Shown here: in pieces, positions 39,619 through 51,167 of the stretch
How positions within the stretch are numbered: position 1 is the first letter of the stretch
Layout: every line of letters starts with the position of its first letter
IMG/VR virus record: IMGVR_UViG_3300047393_000100
Source of the DNA: a virus
Taxonomy: Duplodnaviria > Heunggongvirae > Uroviricota > Caudoviricetes
Direction: 5' to 3' (one strand)
DNA: 64,000 bases
Position numbers and translations under genes: made by a program
The notes under the pieces: model-generated
Databases searched by the model: none
What the model saw: the letters and a program-made list of their open reading frames with translations, nothing else
What the model was told of the DNA's origin: nothing

Positions 39619-42600
39619 ATGGCTAACATTAATACTAATATTGAAAACAGTTCAATAGATGATAAATCATTTGCACTTTTAAGAACAAACCCTAAGTTAA
39701 CAAGTAACGCAAAGTTACTTGTTAACAATGTTGGTGATTTATTCTTAAGTTCTTTTAGAGCAAATAAGGAACTTTCCAAAATAGAATATCAAAAGTATGC
39801 AGTATCATCAAGCGGAAGATACTCAGACGATATCGCTAAATTTTACAAAGGTCTTCCTTCTACCCAAAAATATCAAGTACTTAGATCTAATTCAGATACC
39901 ACAGTATTCTCAGACTATAAATTTCAGTATGAGGATCAGTATCAATATGGCGCTATTCATAATGTTACTAAATTATACGATGAGCAATATAAGATTTTTG
40001 CGCCATTGTGGCTTGATAAAAAAATTCCAACAAATTTTATCGTATATAGAATAGAGGATGTTGATTATTCTGATACATTTACTGAAAATGTGCAAGGTCA
40101 AAATTCAAGAATAAAGGAATTATTAAAGAATGCTACAATTGTAAAAACTTTTGACCTAAGCAAAGGTTCAAATCTCGGTACATATTTAAACAATCACATT
40201 AACGATAAATTATTTCCTGAATCATCACTTACTGTTAATTTTGCGGAAGGATCTCAGACAACGTTTAATGGAATTGATTTAAATAATGGTGGATTTATAA
40301 GCAAAGCTGAGCAATTAGATAAGTATTACACACAAGTAGATTATCCAGAAATATTTAGCAATGAAATAATAACGCAAGGGTTTGAGAGAAATGAAATAGC
40401 AATCGCTAATATAATTAATCTTGAATTTTTATTCGACGATATTAATGCTGATGATTATAAAATATATAGATATTTTGGATTATATGCAGATTCGCACGAC
40501 GAAGGATATTTTGATAGTGAAGGAATGAGTATATCTGGAATTATTAATGTAAATTCAAATAGTTATTCAAGCTCTTATAATCCAATTGGAACAATTACAC
40601 ATTTAGATATGTTTCCACGCGCATCTGATTTCGATATTCCACAATTAAGATGGGTTAAAGATAAGAATAGTAATTTTTATAATTTAAAGAATGCAATAAC
40701 AATTCCAAACCACAGATTGATTATTTCTCCTAATAAAACAGGAGCAGATATGTTTACTGGATTTGCGAAGAATGGCAAGATTGTTACAGCATCTTCAAAT
40801 ACTCCTAATTCTAGAGGATTTATTAAGTTTACAGTAATTAACGTGCCTAATCAAAATGATAGACTTTTTATATGCGATAAAACTGAATTAGGGATTTCGC
40901 AATATAATTTAGGAGATTATATTGTTATTGCAGATCCTTCTATTTTACCAGGAAGAGCAAGCGGTAATAAATTTTCAAATCAGGGGAGTTTACAACAAAT
41001 TGCCATGGCAATTTCATCTGCAATACAAAATGGAGAAATTATAACATATGAAGTTACAGTGGATGGTACCTCTGTTATTATTGAAGATTATTCAGCAGGA
41101 AATAGAAGAAGGCAAAATGCATTTGGTGTTTATAATTTAAATTTTGTTGATTTTGTTACAATAGATTCAGGAGAGTTAAACGATGTTGGTTTAGTGGATT
41201 CATTAGTCCCTATTACAACAAACACAGTATTTAGTCACTGGAGCATATATACAATGATTGGAGGTTCAAATGAAGGACAATCAATACTCGTTGATAAAAA
41301 AGAAATAGGAAATGTGATATCCGGAGAATGGGTAAAACAAAAAGATTCAAATATATTTGTTCAAATAATTGAAATAGAAAAAGATCCATTCAATATTGAT
41401 TTTTATAGAGTAGTTTTAAATACTCCAGTTAAATTATCTAATGATAATACATTTGAAATATATGAACCATATAGAGTTTCACATGGTTTATTTTCAGCAT
41501 ATGATTTTAAAGATTTTGATTTTGATTTTTATTCTACAAAAAATTCAAAACTAGGAGATTTGGTATATGATAACGATATGATTTCGTTGGCGTCGTACGA
41601 TGGATTAAATGGAGTGCTAGAGTCTGAGACTATATATAAAGATAGTGTACAACAAATTATAGAAAGTGAATACGATCGACTTAATGAAAATCAGTTAAAG
41701 GAAACTGCAATATTAAGTAGAATCGTTCCTACTATTTGTAAATTTGAATTAAAAAATGCAACTAACGCTAGAAATCTTCCATATGTATTAAATGTAAATG
41801 AAGCATTTGGTGAAGATAATCTTTCTCCAAATATTGAAATAGAATCAGGAAGAAAGGTAGAATTAATGAATATGGAGCACTTTCATATCAATAAAATACC
41901 ATTTAGATTATATGGAACTGGCAAATTAGATTTTAATAATTATTTAAATTTTAATGCGGATGAAGGAATAACAATGGATAGATTAAAAGATACTAATTTT
42001 AATTATTTTGATGTTCACTTTAATTGGAATGGATATTATGATTCTGTTGATGATGCGTGGTATGACAATACCTATAAAAAACTTTGGAGCAAATTTGATA
42101 TTGGAAACTCCGAGAGAAATTCATCTGCAGTATTTAGAGGACTTAGGTACTCTTATTTAAAAAGAAAAGAAAATCAAAAAGAAGTACCTTCTGAATTTAT
42201 AGCAGACTCAAATGTTAATGATTATAAATTTGGTGTGGTATTCAATTATAATAGTGGACCAACTATAGAAAATAATACTGTTAATTTCAATGTTGTTAAA
42301 AATGATATTTTTAAATTTATATGTGTTATCGTAGAAATTAATGTAGTAGAAAATGATGTTGAATATATTGATAGATACCAAATGTATTCTTTATCAGATA
42401 TTGAGGTTAATAATACTGTGTTAGATACTAATATACCATTTTTCATTGATTTTGATAATTCAGACTTTCACTCAACTAACATGGATCAAGAATCAATTCT
42501 GAAAGCTTCGCAGTTTTCAATCCTGGATGGTACTGCTCAATTTAAAAAAGTTATTACGCGTGATGAGTTTGGAGAATATTCATGGATATATTTCGAGGCG

Positions 42601-44025
42601 CTTGGTAGTATTTATGCGGTAAAGGTACTTGAGGTTATTAATGATATAAGTGTTAGGGTAGGCGGTTGGCCGTGGAAATTTGATATAATTAATGGAGAAA
42701 CTACAGTTCCTTCTACCAGACTAAATCCATCAAACTTTTCTCTTATTGCAATTAATGGAGAATTTAAATATTCAAAGGGAGGTAGAAACGGGTTTACGGA
42801 TATATTGAATGAAGTAAATGCATATAACTTTACAAAAAGATTTAATCAGTTTGGAGATATAACATACACTACAATTAATATTGATTCTAGTGTTACTCTT
42901 AATGATTTTGTATTAAATATAGAATCAGGCGTTGATATTATTAAACCATCGCTAATAAGGTCAGAGACTGACCCATATAGACCCAAAGCATATCAATTGT
43001 CATCAGGAGAGATTGGTAGTATAATAACAGATAGAGCCGATGGTGGTTATATAACATTATTACGAAGAATGAATGGAGCGTATAATCCATCATTTAATAA
43101 TATTATTACATTTTCTGATATCTATACAAATAATAAAATTATATTGGATGGAGAAGTTATTAATGAAAGAACAAATTTAATTTATAATAAATTTAATAAT
43201 ATTTCAATTGCATTTGATTCATATAAAGAAGTCAATGCAAACTATGGATATATTGATAACTATTTTTTCCATAAAACAAATGCAGAGGATTCTAAAAATA
43301 TATTAAAACTTTCTCAAACATCTGATAAGTTACCACTATATCCTAAAATCGGAGAGGTGGCAATTGATAAGAAACAAATTAATATGTTTAAATCCAAGTA
43401 TTCTATCGATTATTTTACAAAATCACTTTCAGGAGGAGGCAGTGAATCAGTAACTGGAACATTAAGTCCAGTTGAAAAGAAAACGTTTTTATCCTCTACT
43501 ATAATGAAAGTTAAAAATGAGTATGATATTACAAATTATACAAATACTCAAGAATTTTCATTAGACGCGCTGGACAAGGTTAGATTAAATTTATTGAATA
43601 CCTCTTCAATACACTGGTATGAGGATGATTCACAAATTATTGCAGATATTTATTTACCAGATGCTATTTTATCAGAATTAATAGAAGATGGAATTACTTC
43701 AAAATTTGAAAAGTATGTAATACCTGAAAACTCGTATGGCGATAAAACAAGTCTAGATGATGATTTAAAAATATATGCAGATTACAATATTTCTCCAAGA
43801 TTTATTATAGATGCAATTACAATATATGGAATAGAGGGTAAAGATTTAAAAACTGAATTCTATTCTACTAAATATGTATCGGAATTAACTGATAATGGAT
43901 TTAAACCATTGACTAATTACAATATTCAAAGTTATCAAAACGATGGATTGAGTTTTAGATTAATATATAATAAGAGAAGTGGATATTTTTATAATTTTAA
44001 AATACACGTTAAAATACAGGCTTAA
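39619..44025 (+). CDS. Large virion structural protein
   Basis: 1468 aa in the tail cluster; LLRTNPKLT, APLWL..P and NIINLEFLFDD..RYFGLY segments. Confidence 0.55.
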   Translation: MANINTNIENSSIDDKSFALLRTNPKLTSNAKLLVNNVGDLFLSSFRANKELSKIEYQKYAVSSSGRYSDDIAKFYKGLPSTQKYQVLRSNSDTTVFSDYKFQYEDQYQYGAIHNVTKLYDEQYKIFAPLWLDKKIPTNFIVYRIEDVDYSDTFTENVQGQNSRIKELLKNATIVKTFDLSKGSNLGTYLNNHINDKLFPESSLTVNFAEGSQTTFNGIDLNNGGFISKAEQLDKYYTQVDYPEIFSNEIITQGFERNEIAIANIINLEFLFDDINADDYKIYRYFGLYADSHDEGYFDSEGMSISGIINVNSNSYSSSYNPIGTITHLDMFPRASDFDIPQLRWVKDKNSNFYNLKNAITIPNHRLIISPNKTGADMFTGFAKNGKIVTASSNTPNSRGFIKFTVINVPNQNDRLFICDKTELGISQYNLGDYIVIADPSILPGRASGNKFSNQGSLQQIAMAISSAIQNGEIITYEVTVDGTSVIIEDYSAGNRRRQNAFGVYNLNFVDFVTIDSGELNDVGLVDSLVPITTNTVFSHWSIYTMIGGSNEGQSILVDKKEIGNVISGEWVKQKDSNIFVQIIEIEKDPFNIDFYRVVLNTPVKLSNDNTFEIYEPYRVSHGLFSAYDFKDFDFDFYSTKNSKLGDLVYDNDMISLASYDGLNGVLESETIYKDSVQQIIESEYDRLNENQLKETAILSRIVPTICKFELKNATNARNLPYVLNVNEAFGEDNLSPNIEIESGRKVELMNMEHFHINKIPFRLYGTGKLDFNNYLNFNADEGITMDRLKDTNFNYFDVHFNWNGYYDSVDDAWYDNTYKKLWSKFDIGNSERNSSAVFRGLRYSYLKRKENQKEVPSEFIADSNVNDYKFGVVFNYNSGPTIENNTVNFNVVKNDIFKFICVIVEINVVENDVEYIDRYQMYSLSDIEVNNTVLDTNIPFFIDFDNSDFHSTNMDQESILKASQFSILDGTAQFKKVITRDEFGEYSWIYFEALGSIYAVKVLEVINDISVRVGGWPWKFDIINGETTVPSTRLNPSNFSLIAINGEFKYSKGGRNGFTDILNEVNAYNFTKRFNQFGDITYTTINIDSSVTLNDFVLNIESGVDIIKPSLIRSETDPYRPKAYQLSSGEIGSIITDRADGGYITLLRRMNGAYNPSFNNIITFSDIYTNNKIILDGEVINERTNLIYNKFNNISIAFDSYKEVNANYGYIDNYFFHKTNAEDSKNILKLSQTSDKLPLYPKIGEVAIDKKQINMFKSKYSIDYFTKSLSGGGSESVTGTLSPVEKKTFLSSTIMKVKNEYDITNYTNTQEFSLDALDKVRLNLLNTSSIHWYEDDSQIIADIYLPDAILSELIEDGITSKFEKYVIPENSYGDKTSLDDDLKIYADYNISPRFIIDAITIYGIEGKDLKTEFYSTKYVSELTDNGFKPLTNYNIQSYQNDGLSFRLIYNKRSGYFYNFKIHVKIQA

Positions 44026-44028
44026 TTA

Positions 44029-45384
44029 ATGAAAATCGATATAAAAGAAATATTCAAAAGTGACATGGATGCGAATGGTCCAGGATGGTGGTCAGTTCCG
44101 AAGGTAGATAAAATTAATTATAATTTTTATCAATTAAGGAATGGAGGTATGCCAGGCCCTGATGGTCGCATTGGCCCTGATGGTAATTTTGGGGCAGTTG
44201 GAAGGAAAGGATTCCAGGGTGCTATTGGGAACTCTGGATTTCAGGGAGCACAGGGTGTTTCTGCGGATACTGATTGGATTTATTTTCAAACAGATACTCA
44301 AAAACCTGGATATTTATTTCCAAAAAAAATAAGTTCAAGTGGAGTTCAATATGCTCCTACTCCTGTAAATATTGGAATTAAATGGAATGATAATTATGGT
44401 GGTATAAATAGATATACAACGCCCGTAGGATATGGTGATTATGTTGTATTATCTAATGTAAATTCAACTGCAACCTCAGGGAGTGTAAAGTCAAATCTAA
44501 GACTTAGTTATAATAGTAAGGTATGTGATTTTAAATTAGATGAAAATAATAATCTGCACATCGGTAAATTTGTTACAAGTGACCCTAATTTTTCAATAAT
44601 ACAGAATGTATCAAAATCTACTATAAAGACATGTGATTCTACTGGTATAATATATCCAGGTCATGTCATCGAACAGATTAGCGGAGTCTATATTTCAATG
44701 ATAAGCGAGATAGGACTAACAAATAATGTGATTCTTTCAAATAGTTCGACCGCTACAACTACGTCGAATAACGTATTTAACTATAATGTTGGCGCAACTA
44801 TAGGTTATGTGTTATCATCTAATAACTCCACAGGTAATGTAAGTTGGAGAAAAAAACGTGAAGTATTTCCAAGTTTTCCAATTGGTTCTATAATTTCAAT
44901 AAAGGCTTCCGATTTAAATAGCACTTCCTTTTATTTGAATGAAACAATCACACAGACTATTAATGGTTCTCTACCATTGTTGGATATTAGATGGGGAAGA
45001 GGTAAATTAAATACACAATATTCCGGTTGGTATATATGTAATGGAAAGGAATGGAAACCAAGTGGATCTGCTACTCCATCTTATTTAGTACCTAATTTAA
45101 ATTCGTTTGATTATTCTATAGCATCAAATGGGGCTGGGCAGCACACAGTGACAGGTGCTGGTGATAATTCTCCAATATTAATAGGAGGATCCGATATTTT
45201 ATTAAATGCAACCCAGTCTGCTGGTATATACAATATTTCATATGCAAATACAATACCTGCAAATGATAATGGAACATCGATACTGTTACCTAGTACTCCA
45301 ACATTGAATGTATATGTTACAAAAATGATACATATTGTTTATTTGGAAAGAGATGATTTAATTTGGCAAGATCCAGGTGTCTAA
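44029..45384 (+). CDS. Tail fibre protein with collagen-like repeats and tail-collar domain
   Basis: 13 G-X-Y triplets (GMP...GVS); PIGSII...GWYICNG...VPNL collar motif. Confidence 0.75.
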   Translation: MKIDIKEIFKSDMDANGPGWWSVPKVDKINYNFYQLRNGGMPGPDGRIGPDGNFGAVGRKGFQGAIGNSGFQGAQGVSADTDWIYFQTDTQKPGYLFPKKISSSGVQYAPTPVNIGIKWNDNYGGINRYTTPVGYGDYVVLSNVNSTATSGSVKSNLRLSYNSKVCDFKLDENNNLHIGKFVTSDPNFSIIQNVSKSTIKTCDSTGIIYPGHVIEQISGVYISMISEIGLTNNVILSNSSTATTTSNNVFNYNVGATIGYVLSSNNSTGNVSWRKKREVFPSFPIGSIISIKASDLNSTSFYLNETITQTINGSLPLLDIRWGRGKLNTQYSGWYICNGKEWKPSGSATPSYLVPNLNSFDYSIASNGAGQHTVTGAGDNSPILIGGSDILLNATQSAGIYNISYANTIPANDNGTSILLPSTPTLNVYVTKMIHIVYLERDDLIWQDPGV

Positions 45385-45427
45385 TAATATTTAATGGATA
45401 TATAGTAATATAAATATAGAATAAGAA

Positions 45428-48238
45428 ATGGCAATTAATTTAAAACAAATTAGTGTTTCTGATAGTGATAATATTAAATTAGATAAAACTAATTATAATT
45501 TTGACCAATTAGTGGCAAATGGTGGAGGACCTCAAGGTAATGTTGGACCTAAGGGAGAAACTGGGCCACAGGGTGTTACTGGAGCAACTGGAGAAAAAGG
45601 AAATCAGGGATATCAGGGTACACAAGGTCCACAGGGATCTAATGATACTGCGTCTTGGAGGAGAATTCAAGGATCCGGCGCAAATCTAACAACAGATACC
45701 ATCCTACCTATTCATAATAATACTATGTTATATCCTCCTGTTGTTAGCGTAGGGTTTTTAGAAACAGATCCAGAATATAATACGGCGCAACCATTTGATG
45801 GAGCTAATTCTCCATATCAGTGGATAATTAATAGAAAAAATCATTTCAAATCAAATTTAAGATTAACCAATGCAGGTATATCTAATTATTTTGATTTTAT
45901 AATGAACTATGATTCTGTAACACTACAAAATAATTTAACAATAGAATCTAAAAACGGAGTATCTTCTACCATTACTTGGTATGCACAAAATCATATATTT
46001 AAAAGTAATGTTACTGGGGCAACATTATTAAATATATCAGATTCGTCAATAACATATAATACTGATACTATTTTTAATAGACCTGTTACTATTAATAGAA
46101 ACTTAATAATAGGAAATTCAAGTGCAGGTGCAAATAAAATAGCAGTTGCGGCAGATGACACTGGTAAAGTTACATTTAAAACTGCATTAGAAATAGGTGG
46201 AATAGTTCCAGTAGGTACTATAATTTCTATCTTGCCTTCTATCTTTACTGATTCTGCCAAATTTATTAATAGTCAAATTTATAATGCGGCCAATTCTCCT
46301 GAAAAAGATTTACCGATTCCTATTAAAGTAGGTGGAGGTATTGGAGATTATACCGGTTGGTATTTATGTAATGGAAAAACATGGACAAATGGAACTACCA
46401 ATTATGTATTACCTGACTTAAATTCATTTTCTTATTCCATTGCAGATAACACAACATCTACCTCATCAACGAGCCAAGGAGTTGCAAGCATTACAAATAG
46501 TGAAATAGCATTAATAGGTGGTGCTGATGCTAGTTTAACAGCAACCACATCATCTCCTGGAATTTATTCTATCAGTGGTACAGTGCAAACTACTAGTGTA
46601 TTATTAAATGCAAATGGTAGTGGTACATCGCTTACAATTAAAAAATTACCGCAAATTATATATTTAGGAGTTGCCGATTTATATTGGAAAGATGGAGGTG
46701 TTTTACCACAAGCAATAAATACATATACGTTTGATGATTTAAATAATACGGCGACCGGATGTGTAACTACAACTAAGACAGATACTCGTGCCGAAGGAGC
46801 CGTTTCTCCTGCGATTACATTTACTCAGACAATAACAGCGCCAAGTTCTTATTATTTCCAAACAATACCGACGGCTGCTTCATTTACTGAAGTAAATTCA
46901 GGATATACTGTAACTAATGTTGTTTCAGGAGGTGGAACATATCCTACATCTATAATTGTTACAGTGAGTGTATCAACTCAAGGTATTAATGGTACACAAC
47001 GAAGTATAACGTATAATACAACAAGTAATATTGCGACAATTCCAGCGTATACCATAACTTATAAATTTATAGATGAGAATACAAACAATGGAGTTCCGAC
47101 TGTTCAAATAACAAATACAGGTGTTCAAGGTTCTAATACTATACCATTAGGTAATGTATTAATTAGTGCAGCGTCACTTAGTCCAGGAATGCATTGGACT
47201 TCTGTTCCATCACTTACAATACCAAGTGGAAGTGGATTAAGTGCAACACCTTCATTATATGTGACAGATACGACAGATAAAACGATTATAGTAAATATGA
47301 GTGTTACATCTCAACCCGCAGATGGAGCATTTACTAATAATATAGTAGAGATCAAATACAATTCGTTAGCGCATAAGGCATATGATACAATATCGTTATC
47401 TCTAGTTAGAGCGAATTCGCCATCGTATGTATCAATCACAGTTCCTCCTGTTACTAATTCAATAACTAACTGGCATTATCAAAATGGATGGACCGGAGAT
47501 GTTGTAATTAATGCTAACACTGGATATACATATAGTAGCCCTAACGATGTTAACATGTATAGTAATGAGACATATCAACCTGGAGATACTTATTCAAATG
47601 GAACAGAATGGGCATCTTTTGTATATACGATTAATTCTAGAGGATGGACACCAAGTACTACAGTAGGAAAATCAATTACTATGAATATTACTATTAAAGG
47701 AAATGCAACTGCTGGTTCAACATATTATTATGGAATATCAGGAAACCCTGTATTGACATCAATATTTACGTTTGTTTCACATGTTGGTGATCCTGTTACT
47801 TCGGGTTCAGGTCCTATCATTTCAGCAGGGGCAAATGGTGGTAGTTATTCATACACTGGAACTAATATTGTCGATATGAATGGAACGACAAATCAGTATG
47901 TACACCTATTACTAGATGGATCATTACCATCAGGTATTACAGGTGGAACTAGATCTGGATCTCTTAATATAACTGCGGAACCAGGATATGGAGGTAGTGT
48001 AACAGTGATACCTACAGGTACACCTACTCCATTCACTATATCAGGTGAAATAATAAATGCGTCGCCAACTGCATCAGTAGGATCTTTCCTTCTAACGCCT
48101 GGAAGATATCGCATAAGTATGATTGTGGCAGTATCTAATACGTCTACTAGTCAATATGGACAATCATCGACTGCGATAGCATATTTATATAGGTCAACTA
48201 ATAATACAAATCCATGGACACTAATTGGAACTTGGTAA
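45428..48238 (+). CDS. Tail fibre protein (paralogue of 44029) with extended Thr/Ser-rich C-terminal region
   Basis: 13 G-X-Y triplets (GPQ...GSN); PVGTII...GWYLCNG...LPDL; about 500 extra aa of Ig-like beta repeats. Confidence 0.78.
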   Translation: MAINLKQISVSDSDNIKLDKTNYNFDQLVANGGGPQGNVGPKGETGPQGVTGATGEKGNQGYQGTQGPQGSNDTASWRRIQGSGANLTTDTILPIHNNTMLYPPVVSVGFLETDPEYNTAQPFDGANSPYQWIINRKNHFKSNLRLTNAGISNYFDFIMNYDSVTLQNNLTIESKNGVSSTITWYAQNHIFKSNVTGATLLNISDSSITYNTDTIFNRPVTINRNLIIGNSSAGANKIAVAADDTGKVTFKTALEIGGIVPVGTIISILPSIFTDSAKFINSQIYNAANSPEKDLPIPIKVGGGIGDYTGWYLCNGKTWTNGTTNYVLPDLNSFSYSIADNTTSTSSTSQGVASITNSEIALIGGADASLTATTSSPGIYSISGTVQTTSVLLNANGSGTSLTIKKLPQIIYLGVADLYWKDGGVLPQAINTYTFDDLNNTATGCVTTTKTDTRAEGAVSPAITFTQTITAPSSYYFQTIPTAASFTEVNSGYTVTNVVSGGGTYPTSIIVTVSVSTQGINGTQRSITYNTTSNIATIPAYTITYKFIDENTNNGVPTVQITNTGVQGSNTIPLGNVLISAASLSPGMHWTSVPSLTIPSGSGLSATPSLYVTDTTDKTIIVNMSVTSQPADGAFTNNIVEIKYNSLAHKAYDTISLSLVRANSPSYVSITVPPVTNSITNWHYQNGWTGDVVINANTGYTYSSPNDVNMYSNETYQPGDTYSNGTEWASFVYTINSRGWTPSTTVGKSITMNITIKGNATAGSTYYYGISGNPVLTSIFTFVSHVGDPVTSGSGPIISAGANGGSYSYTGTNIVDMNGTTNQYVHLLLDGSLPSGITGGTRSGSLNITAEPGYGGSVTVIPTGTPTPFTISGEIINASPTASVGSFLLTPGRYRISMIVAVSNTSTSQYGQSSTAIAYLYRSTNNTNPWTLIGTW

Positions 48239-48252
48239 AATAAATATTTAAT

Positions 48253-49089
48253 ATGAATAATATTAATCAATATATAGAATATTTAAGAGTTATAAAATCT
48301 AAAATTTCAAGAACAACCCTAATTTTTATTGGGGTTGTTCTTCTTGTTTTATTATTATTACAGCAGTGCGACTCGAATGCTTCTCTTAGACAAGAAATTA
48401 AACAGGTTCAATTAGTTGCAGATAGAGAACTTAATAATTATAAAGCAAGTTTAGATACTATTAAGATTGAAAGAAATAAAAATAATGATTTAGTTGCAAT
48501 TAAAAAAGCATATGAATTTGATATAAATACATTAACCAACGATAATAAAAATCTAATTAAAAATTATCAAAGTGCTCTTAATCTTTCAAAGGATTTTAAA
48601 GGTATTAATTCATTGTTAAAAATAGAAATTAGAATTAAGGATTCAATTATTAATTCTAAATCAAATATATTATATGTTAATGATACTTTAAGCATTATTA
48701 ATTTTACTGATGAAAAAAATTGGGATAAATATAATTGGAGACGATTCAGTGGCAACGTTGGAGTATTTAGAAATAGTAAAACAAACATCTTATCAATTGG
48801 ATCTAGTCAATTTAATCTTGAAGAAGGAATTGAATTAAAGGCTGCAATATTAAAGGAAAATGGAGTAAGTAAATTAAAAATAAGTACACCATATCCTGGA
48901 GTTACTTTCACTAATATAGAAAATATAAATTTAGTTAATGACAAACTAAATGAAAAATACGAAAAGAAGGCTGGATGGTCAATTGGTATAGGGTTAGGTT
49001 ATGGAATAAATCTTGGAAATGGAGTATTAACACCCGGACCCTCACTTAATGTTGGTATAATATGGTCACCAAAATGGCTTAGATTTTAA
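48253..49089 (+). CDS. Membrane-anchored coiled-coil protein, possible spanin-like lysis protein
   Basis: Hydrophobic N-terminal helix ending LLQQC, coiled coil, C-terminal amphipathic beta-hairpin ending in Phe. Confidence 0.5.
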   Translation: MNNINQYIEYLRVIKSKISRTTLIFIGVVLLVLLLLQQCDSNASLRQEIKQVQLVADRELNNYKASLDTIKIERNKNNDLVAIKKAYEFDINTLTNDNKNLIKNYQSALNLSKDFKGINSLLKIEIRIKDSIINSKSNILYVNDTLSIINFTDEKNWDKYNWRRFSGNVGVFRNSKTNILSIGSSQFNLEEGIELKAAILKENGVSKLKISTPYPGVTFTNIENINLVNDKLNEKYEKKAGWSIGIGLGYGINLGNGVLTPGPSLNVGIIWSPKWLRF

Positions 49090-49103
49090 AAAAGTATAAA
49101 GAA

Positions 49104-51167
49104 ATGGCAAAATCATCTAGATTCTTAAGAATAGACGAAGATGTATTATTAGAATTCATCTATCACGATCAATCAAATGCCGATCAGGTTAAGATTGAAA
49201 ATGATAATAATGGAACTCAAATTAAATACCTAAATACGGTTGATGGAGACAATAGTGCTTCAAGATTCTTGATTAGTGAACTTGGTGCAGATGTTGTCGA
49301 GTTTACAGTTACTACCGATAGCGGATATATTGTTGTAAATAGTTTTGCAAGTAGACAACTTTTACTTAGAAATGGTAAAACATATAAATTTGATTTAACA
49401 GATTCAAGTATTAATAATGTATCAGAATTTATAATTCCGGGAGGTGCTGGTTATTTAAATGGTCAAATATATATTTATACACCAACTACTAATGGGACAT
49501 TCCAATATGAATACACCGATTTAGATGGTACTAAATTTATTGGAGGTCAAATTGAAGTTTCAAATAGAGCAAGTTCTCTTTTTTCAGTTCCAGAAGCGCA
49601 AACTGGAAACGATATTAAAACAGCACCTGGGGAATCCGGTAGATATTATGCAGTTCCTACTGAAACAAGTGGAACATTGGCATTATTAAATAATTCTTTA
49701 AATTATTTAGATTCAACCGAGTGGTTAGGAACAAATTCAAGTTCTCTTAGTGTAGTTTCCACTGCAACTGTTAATGCAGTATGGTATGATACTATAAGAC
49801 TTCACCTAAGAACTGGTTATTCTTTTTCAGGAAGAGGATATGATGGGTTTTTATTTCAAACAAAGATTAAAAGACATTCAGGTGTTTATAACTATTTTAA
49901 CTCTACTGTTTACTTAAACTCTTCAAGTTTTGAACTTCAAAATCCAAATCCATTTATTTTAGGAGATACATCATATTCAAAATATATTGAGATTAAAATA
50001 CCTACTCTAGTAAGTATGTATGATCCCACAAGAAATCTAGAATTTGAAGAAAGTTTCTTTGGAACTACAGGTTCTTTAGATGCAATTAACCCTTCGATAA
50101 ATTATGAAATTGATTTTAAATTAATTAATGAAGTAGTTACGATTGGAGGATATGATTATATTAGAGTATCTGACGGTAACTCTCTTACTCTTTCTCAAGA
50201 AGACGAGTATGTTGATATTTCAGTAAATGTAGAACATTCAACTGAAGGAGATTATTTTGAAATATATGGAACTAAAGATGGTTCTACTGCTGGATTTGAA
50301 AGTTATATTAATGGAAGAATGCAAACATCCGGCGATGATTTAACTATTTTTTATGAAGTACAGGTAAGTGAACAGTTAGGTCTTAATTATATTAACACAT
50401 TCTCAAATACATTTACACAAACATCACAATTTGATCAGCCTATTGTATTTAGACCAGTGATTATGAACTCATCAATTTCAAATAACTTTACAATTACGGT
50501 AAATATGAGAATTTATAATGAGACAGATAATACACAAATATTAAAAGTAGCATCATTAATTTATAGTCAACCTAAAAAATATGGTAAAAAATTATTAAAG
50601 TTAAATTTAAACTCAAGTTTTTCGCCTACTATTGTTTATAATACATTACCAAATACATCAGTTAACAGAGAGTTAAATCAATTTGTTAATTCAATAAGAC
50701 CATCAGTCGGAGAAACTAAATATGTTCCAGTTGCTTTAGATACATACGGGATTGTTGCATCAAACAGTAAAATTGCGACAGATGGAGCAGATGTAACTTC
50801 TACTTCTAATATTAAGTATGATATAGAAGGAGCAGGAATTATTACACTGTCTAAGGTATCAGATAACTTTATTAAATTTAAAGTTGCAAAACCAGGGGAT
50901 GGAGTTCTCAATGCAGTAAGTCTTGTGAATGCGGAAGACATGATTTTAATAATTAAAAGTGGAACAATAGAAGAAAGAATTTCACATGACCCTTCATTTC
51001 CAGGAGTGGATATGGGTAATGGAGAAGTTTTCTTTAAAATTGCAAAAAGTACAGCAGTTAGATTTGACCAATCAGATACAAATCAAAACACTGATAAATT
51101 TTATATTAACATAAAAAATGGTGGTACTGAATCTTTATTGTACTACGGAAACGTTAACATTATATAA
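49104..51167 (+). CDS. Virion structural protein
   Basis: 687 aa, beta-rich, translationally coupled to the gp3-like gene. Confidence 0.5.
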   Translation: MAKSSRFLRIDEDVLLEFIYHDQSNADQVKIENDNNGTQIKYLNTVDGDNSASRFLISELGADVVEFTVTTDSGYIVVNSFASRQLLLRNGKTYKFDLTDSSINNVSEFIIPGGAGYLNGQIYIYTPTTNGTFQYEYTDLDGTKFIGGQIEVSNRASSLFSVPEAQTGNDIKTAPGESGRYYAVPTETSGTLALLNNSLNYLDSTEWLGTNSSSLSVVSTATVNAVWYDTIRLHLRTGYSFSGRGYDGFLFQTKIKRHSGVYNYFNSTVYLNSSSFELQNPNPFILGDTSYSKYIEIKIPTLVSMYDPTRNLEFEESFFGTTGSLDAINPSINYEIDFKLINEVVTIGGYDYIRVSDGNSLTLSQEDEYVDISVNVEHSTEGDYFEIYGTKDGSTAGFESYINGRMQTSGDDLTIFYEVQVSEQLGLNYINTFSNTFTQTSQFDQPIVFRPVIMNSSISNNFTITVNMRIYNETDNTQILKVASLIYSQPKKYGKKLLKLNLNSSFSPTIVYNTLPNTSVNRELNQFVNSIRPSVGETKYVPVALDTYGIVASNSKIATDGADVTSTSNIKYDIEGAGIITLSKVSDNFIKFKVAKPGDGVLNAVSLVNAEDMILIIKSGTIEERISHDPSFPGVDMGNGEVFFKIAKSTAVRFDQSDTNQNTDKFYINIKNGGTESLLYYGNVNII

